Shown here piece by piece: positions 30,981 through 39,998 of a stretch of DNA of 62,449 nt. Made by a program: the position numbers and the translations under genes. The notes under the pieces are model-generated. The model was not told where the DNA came from, did no database searches, and saw nothing but the letters and a program-made list of their open reading frames with translations. Position 1 is the stretch's first letter. The number at the start of each line of letters is the position of its first letter. The stretch is from a virus (taxonomy: Duplodnaviria > Caudoviricetes), in IMG/VR virus record IMGVR_UViG_3300006923_000022, positions 1-62,449 of that record; one strand, written 5' to 3'.

Positions 30981-31916
30981 ATGGAAGAGAAACGAAAGAT
31001 CGTTTCCGATATACTTGGAGGGTATAATCGGAGAGGAAATGAACACCTATATTCATGCCCATATTGTAATCACCACAAGAGAAAGATGTCCGTCAACTTC
31101 TCACAAGGTGTGTTCAAATGTTGGGTTTGCGATACAAGAGGTAAGAACATCTATAGGATTGTTCGCAAGTTTGGTAACTACAACCAAAGACAAAAGTGGC
31201 TTGAACTTGAGGGTCGCTTAGACCTTACAGAGTTTGATAAACTTTTCAACGAAATAAACGAGATAGAAATCGAACAGGTGATCGACTTACCAGAAGAGAT
31301 GATATCTCTTTGCAACAAGCACCTTCCGAGATCATCACAAAAGCCTTTAGACTATTTGCGAGACCGAGGAATATCCATGGAGCAGATAAAGCTTTGGAAA
31401 ATAGGCTACTGCCCAGAGGGAAGGTACGGAGGCCGTATTATTATCCCATCGTTCAATATGAACGGAGACGTCAATTATTTTATTGCACGTTCGTATGTAG
31501 GTCATAGAAGAAAATACCTCAACCCTTTGGCTTCCAAGGATATTATATTCAATGAACTTATCATTGATTGGGATGAACCTGTCGTTCTTGTTGAGGGAGT
31601 GTTTGATGCTCTCGTTGCAGGAACGCAAGCCATCCCTATCCTCGGCTCCACTTTAAGGACGAACTCTCGCCTGTTCCAAGCCCTTTCTATCAATGACACA
31701 CCAGTATACCTAGGACTTGACGCAGACGCTGAAAAGAAGGCTTCTTGGATGATTAAAAGCATGTTACAGTATGACATGGAGATCTATAGGATAGATACAT
31801 CAGCAGTTGAGGATATTGGCTCAATGTCCGAGAGACAGTTCTATAATGCCTTCCAAAATGCCGAACCGATAGAATCCGATTTCTATTTCTTTGAGCGAAT
31901 GATTAGCAGGATATAA
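30981..31916 (+). CDS. DNA primase (DnaG/T4 gp61-like)
   Basis: Zn finger CPYC..CWVC, GRIIIP, TOPRIM VEGVFD and LGLDAD. Confidence 0.9.
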   Translation: MEEKRKIVSDILGGYNRRGNEHLYSCPYCNHHKRKMSVNFSQGVFKCWVCDTRGKNIYRIVRKFGNYNQRQKWLELEGRLDLTEFDKLFNEINEIEIEQVIDLPEEMISLCNKHLPRSSQKPLDYLRDRGISMEQIKLWKIGYCPEGRYGGRIIIPSFNMNGDVNYFIARSYVGHRRKYLNPLASKDIIFNELIIDWDEPVVLVEGVFDALVAGTQAIPILGSTLRTNSRLFQALSINDTPVYLGLDADAEKKASWMIKSMLQYDMEIYRIDTSAVEDIGSMSERQFYNAFQNAEPIESDFYFFERMISRI

Positions 31917-31924
31917 ACTATTTA
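31917..31924 (+). promoter_or_regulatory. Putative late promoter motif (ACTATTTA)
   Basis: Directly after the primase stop; 18 nt before ATG 31943, with GAGGA SD. Confidence 0.65.
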
Positions 31925-31942
31925 TATCAACGAGGATTTATC

Positions 31943-32257
31943 ATGAAATTAACAAACGAACAATTAAAGCAAATTATCAAGGAAGAGATTCAAGAAATTC
32001 TCTCCGAGTCAGATTGGGATCCAACCCGTATGACAAAGAAAGAAAAGGATGTATTGAGAGGTCCCAAACCAACATCGTCGTATGAAAACCCAAATCCCGG
32101 AATGACACTACACAGCATGCAGGCAAAGATATACATCAATGCTCTGGATGAGTTGAGCCCAGAAGATGGACCACTTACTGCTGATCAGGGAACAATAGAT
32201 GCTATCTTGAAAATAAGACCTGACCTAGAAGGTCGAGTCGTTTTAAAGGAAATATAA
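31943..32257 (+). CDS. Small protein with MKLTNEQLKQIIKEE leader
   Basis: Leader shared with 35797, 37267 and 38122; the remainder is unrelated to them. Confidence 0.7.
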   Translation: MKLTNEQLKQIIKEEIQEILSESDWDPTRMTKKEKDVLRGPKPTSSYENPNPGMTLHSMQAKIYINALDELSPEDGPLTADQGTIDAILKIRPDLEGRVVLKEI

Positions 32258-32265
32258 AAAATAAT

Positions 32266-32294
32266 TTGACAGATCTTCCGCAATGTGTTATAAT
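32266..32294 (+). promoter_or_regulatory. Sigma70-type promoter (TTGACA-17-TATAAT, extended -10)
   Basis: TTGACA at 32266-32271 and TATAAT at 32289-32294, preceded by TGT. Confidence 0.85.
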
Positions 32295-32321
32295 GATAAC
32301 ATAAGTAATCACGGAGGATAT

Positions 32322-35300
32322 ATGACTTATAAGATCGCACATTTTGCGGATACACATATTCGTAATCTTAAATACCACGAAGAGTATCGTTTTGTTTTCA
32401 AACAAATGTACAAGAAACTTCGAGACCAAAAAGTTGACATGATCGTTCATTGCGGTGACCTCGCTCACACAAAGACCCAACTGTCACCAGAATACTTTGC
32501 TATGGCAGCGGAGTTTCTCAAGAACTTGGCAGACATAGCACCAACCTATGTTATATTAGGAAATCATGATGGAAACCTTAGAAACTCTGGAAGAGAAGAT
32601 GCTATCACGCCGATAGCAGAAGCACTAGATCATCCGAACCTGCATCTCTTAAAAGACTCAGGAAACCACCGAGTCGATGCTGGTCTGTCGTTTAACGTGC
32701 TTTCTATCTTTGATAGAGAGAACTGGGAACATCCAGATAGCAACGGTATCAATATCGCTCTATATCATGGAGCTGTTATGGGTTCAACAACTGGAACTGG
32801 CTGGGCTATGGAACACGGAGACGATGATATCTCTGTATTCAAAGGTCATGACTTTGCTATGCTTGGAGACATTCATAAACCACAGATACTAGACCCAGAA
32901 GGTCGTGTACAGTATGCTGGCTCAACGATTCAACAAAACTTCTCAGAAGGATCTCGCAAGGGATATAAACTATGGTGCATCGACTCAGAAGAGAAATTTA
33001 ATGTACAACACGTCACATTCGTCTCTCCTCGTCCGTTTATGACCATCGACTTGAACAAGACGGGTGAGATACCCGAACACTATCATATACCCCGTGGTGC
33101 AAGGCTCAGGCTTATTTCTCGCACCAACTTGCCATCAACAAAGATACGCAAGGTTACTGATTTAGCCCGTTCTAAATATAATCCGACCTCTGTTACCTTT
33201 GTCGACAAAAGCACATCAGAATTCACATCCTCGCTCGGAGAAACGCAAAGAATGGAGAACCTTCGAGATCTTTCGGTCCAAGAACGTTGGATTCGAGAAT
33301 ATTTAAAAGAATATGAGTTAGATGAAGAGATAATGCAAGAAGTACTCGATTTAAACTCTAAATATAATAAGGAAGCAGAAAAGAATGAAGAAGTCAGAAG
33401 AAACGTCACATGGAGTATTAAAGAGATGCAGTTTGAAAATCTTTTCAATTATGGATCGGGTAATAACGTGGATTTTACAAAGCTCTCTGGAATTGTTGGC
33501 ATATTTGGCAGGAACTACAGTGGCAAATCTTCTATTATTGATTCTGCTTTGTATGGCCTTTTCAATACAACCTCCAAGGGCGAAAGAAAAAACGTCCACA
33601 TCGTCAATCAAAACAAGAGCAAAGCATGTATACAAATGGTCATTGAAGCAGATGGCCAAGAATATCAAATATGTCGGAATCTTAATAAATCTAGTAAGAC
33701 CGTCAAAGGAAAGTCCGTCATTAGTGCCTCTGGGGATCTTGATTTTCACAATATCACTACCGATAGTTCTTGCAATGGCGATTCTATAAAAGATAGTGAT
33801 AAAAACATTCGTAAAGTCTTTGGCTCTATTGATGACTTTATGATCACATCTATGGCTTCTCAAATGGATTCGTTATCGTTTATCAAAGAAGGATCAACGA
33901 AACGCAAGGAGATTCTTGCAAAGTTTCTTGATCTCGAACTCTTTGATCAAAAATTCAAATTGGCAAAGAAGGATTCGTCGGAGATAAATGCTCTTATTCG
34001 AAGATTCAAAAACAAAGAGTTAGCAAAACATTTGATTATAAAGCAGGAAACCATTGAGGAGATATATGACGATATCGACAGACAAACAGATCTCTGCAAG
34101 AAACATACCAAACGATATGAAGAACTCAAAACAGAACTGAATCAGATAGAACAAGATATCTCATCTATTCCAACAGAGATAGTTGATATACATGAGATAG
34201 AAGATATGATTGCCCAAAGACATGACGACCTTGCTAGAGCGAAAGAGATGTTTGTTTTATATGAAGCAACAATAGAAAAGAATAAGGAAATCGCCAATGA
34301 ATTGGTGACTCATATATCTTCTCTATCTCATGAGAGGCTGGAGGCTTTAGAACTATCTTGGAAAGACCATAAGAAAAAATATGGTGAAAACCAACAAGCA
34401 CTAAGTGCCCTCGCTGCAAAACAAAAGAATGCATCAAAGAAGATAAAGATGTTGGATAATCATGAATATGATCCCGATTGCTCGTTCTGTTGTGATAACA
34501 AATTCGTAAAGGATGCTAATAAGGCAAGAGATCTATTGCCATCTATCCAAGCAGAAATGGATGCTCTATCGATAACAGGTGAAGAACTACAAGAAAAGAT
34601 GGATTTCTTAGATATTAATTCTATCCATGCTGATCTTGAGAAGCATGAGAAGCTCACAAAGAGAAAGAACGTTCTTCTCTCCGAGGCCAAAAACTTAGAG
34701 ATAAAAGCAGAGTCTTTGGTATCAAAGGTTTCTTTATATAAAAACGAACTTACTTCTCTCAAAGAAAAGCAGGAAGAGTATGAGAATAACAAGCATGCCA
34801 TTGAGAACCTTTCTTCTTTGACAAGATCAAAGTATGCTGTGAGGACCAAAATGCTTGAGGCCAAAGGAAGAAAAGATAAGTGCGACAAGAAGGTTCAAGA
34901 CTGCCTTGTTGAACTAGGTTCAGTTAAACATGCCATGAAGGTAATACGCTCAGAGAAAGCCGAACAGGATGCACTAGAAGCAGAATGGATTGCTTATGAC
35001 CTCTTCATGAGATGTATGCATACAAATGGCATTGCTTATGAAGTTATCAAGCAAAAACTTCCTATTATCAACGAAGAGATCCAAAAGTGCCTTTCCACCA
35101 TTGTCGACTTTGAAATTAACTTTGAGGAAGACGGAAGAAATCTTAATATTAGTATAAGACATCCTAAATATGAGTCTCGACCAATCTCTATGGGTTCCGG
35201 TGCGGAAAAGACAATAGCAGCGATGGCGATTAGATTAGCTTTGATTTCTATTACGAATTTGCCAAAAAGCACACTATTTATAATGGATGAACCAGCTACT

Positions 35301-35465
35301 GCTCTTGACCAAGAACATATGGAAGGTTTCATTAGACTTTTGGAGATGATTAAAACAAAATTCAAAACTATTCTTCTAATATCACACTTAGATGTTCTTA
35401 AGGACTGTGTTGATACAACAATCGATATCCAAAAGCACAATGGTTATGCCAAAGTAAATGTCTAG
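32322..35465 (+). CDS. Fused Mre11/SbcD nuclease - Rad50/SbcC ATPase (T4 gp47-gp46-like)
   Basis: Phosphoesterase motifs ADTH, CGD, GNHD, YHG, GDIH; Walker A GRNYSGKS; coiled coil with zinc hook CSFC; signature-like MGSGAE; Walker B FIMDEP; LISH. Start 32322 follows GGAGG (32283 lies inside the promoter). Confidence 0.9.
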   Translation: MTYKIAHFADTHIRNLKYHEEYRFVFKQMYKKLRDQKVDMIVHCGDLAHTKTQLSPEYFAMAAEFLKNLADIAPTYVILGNHDGNLRNSGREDAITPIAEALDHPNLHLLKDSGNHRVDAGLSFNVLSIFDRENWEHPDSNGINIALYHGAVMGSTTGTGWAMEHGDDDISVFKGHDFAMLGDIHKPQILDPEGRVQYAGSTIQQNFSEGSRKGYKLWCIDSEEKFNVQHVTFVSPRPFMTIDLNKTGEIPEHYHIPRGARLRLISRTNLPSTKIRKVTDLARSKYNPTSVTFVDKSTSEFTSSLGETQRMENLRDLSVQERWIREYLKEYELDEEIMQEVLDLNSKYNKEAEKNEEVRRNVTWSIKEMQFENLFNYGSGNNVDFTKLSGIVGIFGRNYSGKSSIIDSALYGLFNTTSKGERKNVHIVNQNKSKACIQMVIEADGQEYQICRNLNKSSKTVKGKSVISASGDLDFHNITTDSSCNGDSIKDSDKNIRKVFGSIDDFMITSMASQMDSLSFIKEGSTKRKEILAKFLDLELFDQKFKLAKKDSSEINALIRRFKNKELAKHLIIKQETIEEIYDDIDRQTDLCKKHTKRYEELKTELNQIEQDISSIPTEIVDIHEIEDMIAQRHDDLARAKEMFVLYEATIEKNKEIANELVTHISSLSHERLEALELSWKDHKKKYGENQQALSALAAKQKNASKKIKMLDNHEYDPDCSFCCDNKFVKDANKARDLLPSIQAEMDALSITGEELQEKMDFLDINSIHADLEKHEKLTKRKNVLLSEAKNLEIKAESLVSKVSLYKNELTSLKEKQEEYENNKHAIENLSSLTRSKYAVRTKMLEAKGRKDKCDKKVQDCLVELGSVKHAMKVIRSEKAEQDALEAEWIAYDLFMRCMHTNGIAYEVIKQKLPIINEEIQKCLSTIVDFEINFEEDGRNLNISIRHPKYESRPISMGSGAEKTIAAMAIRLALISITNLPKSTLFIMDEPATALDQEHMEGFIRLLEMIKTKFKTILLISHLDVLKDCVDTTIDIQKHNGYAKVNV

Positions 35466-35476
35466 GAGGATAAGAT

Positions 35477-35800
35477 GTGGAAAAGGAAGAGTTCTTACAA
35501 AAAGTGGAGCAATACATGATAGAACAGAAAAATAAGTTACAAGACGCCAAAGAAGATATTCAAGAGAAAGTTGAAAAACTTGATCTTAAAAAGAAACTTT
35601 ATTTGGGTAATCCTAAAAAGGGCATGCTAGATGCTCTTCAAGAAAAAATGATTTCAAGAAAACTTCTTGTTTTCGTTTGTGCTACGGCACTTTTAGCATC
35701 AGCACAGTTAGATCCTGAGACTTGGGGAATGATTGCTATGATGTATATCGGTGGACAAACCGCCGTTGATTTTGCAAAAATGTGGAGACATGGACAATGA
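35477..35800 (+). CDS. Putative holin-like membrane protein
   Basis: SRKLLVFVCATALL and WGMIAMMYIGGQ give two hydrophobic segments after an SRK motif; AGGAGG SD before the GTG start. Confidence 0.45.
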   Translation: MEKEEFLQKVEQYMIEQKNKLQDAKEDIQEKVEKLDLKKKLYLGNPKKGMLDALQEKMISRKLLVFVCATALLASAQLDPETWGMIAMMYIGGQTAVDFAKMWRHGQ

Positions 35801-36162
35801 AAATTACAAAACAACAATTAAAACAAATAATCAAAGAAGAACTAGAAGCCATTCAAGAGAATGGTGAAGCATACCATCAGGGGTCTCAAGCAAGACAATC
35901 GCTTGATACTCAAGATACTTTGGACAAGGTACCAATGCAGGACCATGCAGAATACCAGTTGGTGGCACAAAATATGATGCAAGCCACAGAACACATGCAA
36001 CAGCTTGAAAAGGCTTTTGATATGGGAGATAATGAAGTGAGCAGAGAGATGCTCGGAGCTGCAATGACTGCTGTTCGCAAAGCTCAAAAAGCTTTCACCG
36101 AATTTATCGAAGGTTATATTAATGCTGATCAGAACCCTGATTATTGGGCACCTGACTATTAA
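35797..36162 (+). CDS. Small protein with MKITKQQLKQIIKEE leader
   Basis: ATG 35797 overlaps the upstream stop and has a GGAG SD; shared leader. Confidence 0.7.
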   Translation: MKITKQQLKQIIKEELEAIQENGEAYHQGSQARQSLDTQDTLDKVPMQDHAEYQLVAQNMMQATEHMQQLEKAFDMGDNEVSREMLGAAMTAVRKAQKAFTEFIEGYINADQNPDYWAPDY

Positions 36163-36172
36163 GGAAGAATAA

Positions 36173-36508
36173 ATGATTTGGTGGAGCAAAATAATTGCTT
36201 GGATGAAAGCCCATTGGAACTGGTTGGCTCTGTTGGTCCTTGCTGGTGTTGCTTATTTCCTAGGAAAAAAAGACTCAGCTAACTTGCTAGCTCATGCAAC
36301 TATTGCTAAAGACCAATATAAAAAGGATGCAGAGGCGATAGAGAAAGCAGCCAAAGCTAAAACCAAGCGAGACGATAAGATCGACAATAGAAAAGAAGAG
36401 ATTAAAAAAGCTTTGATCGAAGAAAAAGAAAGAAAGTTGAGACTTGTCACTCAAGAAGAAATAGACGCCGATGAAGTGTTTGTAAACATGGGAATAGACA
36501 AAAGATGA
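36173..36508 (+). CDS. N-terminally anchored coiled-coil protein (inner-spanin-like)
   Basis: N-terminal TM helix WLALLVLAGVAYFLG followed by a charged coiled coil. Confidence 0.35.
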   Translation: MIWWSKIIAWMKAHWNWLALLVLAGVAYFLGKKDSANLLAHATIAKDQYKKDAEAIEKAAKAKTKRDDKIDNRKEEIKKALIEEKERKLRLVTQEEIDADEVFVNMGIDKR

Positions 36509-36900
36509 TTCTATTATTACTATCATCGCTAGCATGGGGCAACCTCCCTGAATATACCTATATAGAAGAGGGAGAACTTGCCCCATTTTCAGGAAGGCTA
36601 TTCAACGATGCAGCAGCGGACATATTAGCCGAGCAAATCGAAATGGGGCCAAGAGAGTGTCAGATAAACTTGGAATACCAGTTAGGTCTGCAAGAAGCAG
36701 AGAAGCAACAAGAGATTTTAAAACTTAAAAGTTCTCACAAATTTGAGATCCAAATCCTCGAAGCCGAAGTACAAGCAAAGAAAGAAAGGATTAAGAATTT
36801 AGAAGAATTAAAAACTCCACCAAAAAAACAATTTTGGTTCACTTTGGGACTAATTACTGGAGTAGGAACTACGATAGCAATAGCGAAGGCGGTTGAATGA
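36505..36900 (+). CDS. Secreted coiled-coil protein with C-terminal TM helix (spanin-like)
   Basis: Signal peptide MILLLLSSLAWG, coiled coil, C-terminal FWFTLGLITGVGTTIAIA. Confidence 0.35.
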   Translation: MILLLLSSLAWGNLPEYTYIEEGELAPFSGRLFNDAAADILAEQIEMGPRECQINLEYQLGLQEAEKQQEILKLKSSHKFEIQILEAEVQAKKERIKNLEELKTPPKKQFWFTLGLITGVGTTIAIAKAVE

Positions 36901-37283
36901 AAAAGAAAGATCCAAACTATGCCGTAAAAGTTGAGAAAGAGATAGCAAAAAAGTACGGAGAAAAAACTGTTCAACACCCAAAAAGCCAATGGACTGACGA
37001 AAAAGAACGAGAATATGTCAAACAATTAAAAGATCTTTACAAAAGAAGAAACGAAGAAGAACAAGAACACGTTGAAGTTAATGGAGTTTTTGTTTCAAAT
37101 AAACTATTTACAAAAGAAACCAAACGCTCTTGTCCCGTTTGTAATACATACTCCTTCAAATCTAATGATGATGTTTATATGTCAAAGTTTGAGTGTTGCG
37201 AAAAATGTTATATCCAATGGGTTGAAGATCGCGAAGAACGATGGCTTAAAGGATGGAGACCTAGTAATGAAAATAACAAATGA
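36897..37283 (+). CDS. Hypothetical Zn-binding protein
   Basis: CPVC...CCEKC cysteine cluster. Confidence 0.55.
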   Translation: MKKKDPNYAVKVEKEIAKKYGEKTVQHPKSQWTDEKEREYVKQLKDLYKRRNEEEQEHVEVNGVFVSNKLFTKETKRSCPVCNTYSFKSNDDVYMSKFECCEKCYIQWVEDREERWLKGWRPSNENNK

Positions 37284-37578
37284 ACAATTAAAGCAAATTA
37301 TTAAAGAAGAACTAGAGGCAGTTGTGGATGAAGGAATACAGACCTTAGCTACCGCGCCTCTGGACCAACCAGATCCAAACGATCATCTATTCAAACTAAT
37401 GGATCAAGTTACCGACATAGCTCTTGAAAAAATTGGTAAGCGTCAAGATCAAGAAGCTGAAGCTGAAATATCACCTTTATCTAATGAAGTTGTTACTTCT
37501 ATGGTAAACATTGAAGCTATGGCTGATGAAGTAATTCAAAGATACAAACAAGGTTATAAAGGAGAAACTTATGAGTAG
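37267..37578 (+). CDS. Small protein with MKITNEQLKQIIKEE leader
   Basis: ATG 37267 follows GGAG; the ORF-track extension to 37072 overlaps the upstream gene and is unlikely. Confidence 0.7.
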   Translation: MKITNEQLKQIIKEELEAVVDEGIQTLATAPLDQPDPNDHLFKLMDQVTDIALEKIGKRQDQEAEAEISPLSNEVVTSMVNIEAMADEVIQRYKQGYKGETYE

Positions 37579-38125
37579 TACAACACTAGAAATTATACAA
37601 GGCCTTTCACAAGCAGCTGCAAATGCTTATGACGGAGCCCACGATGAACGTTTCGTCCGACCGGGTGAAAGTGTTAGCATGGGAATGAAAAGAGAAAACG
37701 GATGCCCACTGAATGACTCTAGAGTCGTTGATGGTTTTTTTGTTAAGTTTTATGGAAACAGGATGTGTCTCTCTTATCAATCAGATGTTCTACTTAAGGA
37801 TGTCTACGCAAATAACTTTGCCGGAGATATTGATCGTCAAATGAATGAGATCAAGAAGTTCCTTCAAAAGGAATATAAAAAGGTTACTGGGAATTCTGTT
37901 ACTCTTACGAAGGATGGAGAAGCGAATGTCCTTGTACAATCCACATCTAGGGTTCGTTCTTTTTGTAATGCCAAACAGCACTATAAGATATCGGGTATTA
38001 AAGAACTCCCACAACTTGAGGCAAGCATTGAAGACTCAAGAAAAATTACACGAAAGTTTTTAGATCAGTTCTCAAACAAACGTCCGAGTAATGACACACG
38101 CAAAAAAGGAGCGAATCAGAAATGA
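37571..38125 (+). CDS. Hypothetical protein
   Basis: 184-aa ORF with AAGGAG SD, translationally coupled in the terminase-proximal operon. Confidence 0.6.
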   Translation: MSSTTLEIIQGLSQAAANAYDGAHDERFVRPGESVSMGMKRENGCPLNDSRVVDGFFVKFYGNRMCLSYQSDVLLKDVYANNFAGDIDRQMNEIKKFLQKEYKKVTGNSVTLTKDGEANVLVQSTSRVRSFCNAKQHYKISGIKELPQLEASIEDSRKITRKFLDQFSNKRPSNDTRKKGANQK

Positions 38126-38349
38126 AAATATCAAAAGAAAGATTGACTCAAATTATTAAAGAAGAAATGGATGCTGTTTATTCTCAAGCAGCAGAATATG
38201 CCGATGAAGGCATTGAAGGCTCGGAAGAACTTGAGGAAGTATATGATCTCGAAGAACTCAAAGCGGGTTTAGAATTGGCTGTGAAGCTTAGAAATAGAGA
38301 AGTGATCATGATGATCCACAAGGCTATCTCTCTTTTGCCAAAGCAATAG
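38122..38349 (+). CDS. Small acidic protein with MKISKERLTQIIKEE leader
   Basis: AAGGAG SD; shared leader. Confidence 0.7.
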   Translation: MKISKERLTQIIKEEMDAVYSQAAEYADEGIEGSEELEEVYDLEELKAGLELAVKLRNREVIMMIHKAISLLPKQ

Positions 38350-38355
38350 GAGCAC

Positions 38356-39939
38356 ATGACTCTCAAGTTATCAAAGAAAGAGATTATAAAAGAGATCGTC
38401 AAGTCCGGAAAAGATCCTGTATATTTTATAAATAACTATTGCAGAATCTCTCATCCACTTCGCGGTCTTATTCCATTTAACACGTATCCATATCAAGATG
38501 AACTTGTCAATGACTTTAATGATTATCGTTTCACCGTCATATTAAAAGCAAGACAGCTGGGCATTTCTACAATCTCTGCTGCTTATGCTGTTTGGTTTAT
38601 GCTGTTCCACAAGGAAAAGAATATTCTTGTAATGGCGACAAAGTTCACAACAGCAGCTAACTTGGTCAAAAAGGTAAAACAAGTGATGAAGAACCTTCCG
38701 CCATGGATGCAGGTTGCAAAGATCACAATCGATAACCGAAACTCGTTTGAACTCTCGAATGGTTCCACGATCAAAGCAGTCGGAACATCAGCAGACGCTG
38801 GTCGTTCGGAAGCTCTATCTTTGCTCATTATAGACGAGGCAGCACACGTTGAAGGGCTTGATGACCTCTGGGCAGGTCTTTACCCTACTCTATCAACAGG
38901 TGGTCGCTGTATCGCTTTGTCGACCCCTATGGGTGTTGGAAACTGGTTCCACAGAACCTATACTGATGCTGAGAACGGAGACAACGAGTTCCACCCTGTT
39001 TCTCTTCGTTGGGACGTTCACCCCGAGCGGGATAAGGCTTGGTTCGAGAAAGAAACAAAAAATATGTCTCGGAGACAAATAGCACAAGAGCTTGAGTGTA
39101 ACTTCAACACATCTGGAGAAACAGTCATTCACCCAGACGATATCTCTTGGATACATCAGCAAATTTGTGAACCAGAGTATAGAACGGGTTGGGATAGAAA
39201 CATGTGGATATGGGAGAAGTACCAAGAAGGTGTTCCTTATCTTCTCGTAGCAGACGTTGCTCGTGGAGATGGAGCCGATAGTTCCGTATTTCATATTATG
39301 AGAACAGATACGATGGAAGCCGTTGCTGAGTATCAAGGCAAGCCGACACTCGATCATTTCGCTCGCATCTTAAACGATGCAGGGAAAGAGTATGGAGGTT
39401 GTCTCTTGGTTGTTGAGAATATCGGTATTGGAATCTCTGTTTGCGAGAAGCTCAGAGACCTTGAGTATCCTAACTTATATTATTCAATAAAAGGAACTCA
39501 TGAATATGTTGATGCTTTAACAGGAGAATATAATTCAAATGCTGTTATGGGTTTTACCACGTCAACAAAAACAAGACCCCTGATCGTCGCAAAACTTGAA
39601 GAATATATTAGAAACAAACTTGTCAAACCAAAATCTCAACGGCTATTCTCGGAGACAAAAACTTTTATTTGGAATAATGGAAAACCTCAAGCGATGAGAA
39701 GCTATCATGATGACTTGATAATGTCTCTCGCAATTGCATGTTGGGTTCGAGACACAGCGTTAGAAGTGTCCGAAAAAGAGATATTATATAAGAAGGCGAT
39801 GGTAGATGCCATGTATTCAACGGGTAAAACTATCAACACAGCAATCCCGGGTATGAAAGAGTATAGCAAAGAATTTGAAAAGAAGTATGAAGAAGAGATA
39901 GGTATCGCTAGAGAATTCGCTTGGATTTTCAAGGGATGA
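38356..39939 (+). CDS. terL: Terminase large subunit (T4 gp17-like)
   Basis: DPVYF, YPYQ, Walker A KARQLGIS, Walker B LLIIDEAA, coupling motif STP.G, nuclease ADVARG..D.S and HDDLIMS. Confidence 0.95.
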   Translation: MTLKLSKKEIIKEIVKSGKDPVYFINNYCRISHPLRGLIPFNTYPYQDELVNDFNDYRFTVILKARQLGISTISAAYAVWFMLFHKEKNILVMATKFTTAANLVKKVKQVMKNLPPWMQVAKITIDNRNSFELSNGSTIKAVGTSADAGRSEALSLLIIDEAAHVEGLDDLWAGLYPTLSTGGRCIALSTPMGVGNWFHRTYTDAENGDNEFHPVSLRWDVHPERDKAWFEKETKNMSRRQIAQELECNFNTSGETVIHPDDISWIHQQICEPEYRTGWDRNMWIWEKYQEGVPYLLVADVARGDGADSSVFHIMRTDTMEAVAEYQGKPTLDHFARILNDAGKEYGGCLLVVENIGIGISVCEKLRDLEYPNLYYSIKGTHEYVDALTGEYNSNAVMGFTTSTKTRPLIVAKLEEYIRNKLVKPKSQRLFSETKTFIWNNGKPQAMRSYHDDLIMSLAIACWVRDTALEVSEKEILYKKAMVDAMYSTGKTINTAIPGMKEYSKEFEKKYEEEIGIAREFAWIFKG

Positions 39940-39940
39940 C

Positions 39941-39980
39941 TTGACAAAGTCCTTACTTTATGGTATAATATAACTATTTA
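39941..39980 (+). promoter_or_regulatory. Tandem sigma70 promoter and late motif upstream of portal
   Basis: TTGACA at 39941-39946, 17 nt, TATAAT at 39964-39969, then ACTATTTA at 39973-39980. Confidence 0.75.
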
Positions 39981-39998
39981 CTACAAAAAGGTTAACTT

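Noticed and set aside
38356-38410. Terminase N-terminus (KLSKKEIIKE) as another copy of the shared leader
   Set aside because: Spacing differs from K(I/L)(T/S)...L.QIIKEE, and it fits the ordinary gp17 helix preceding DPVYF.
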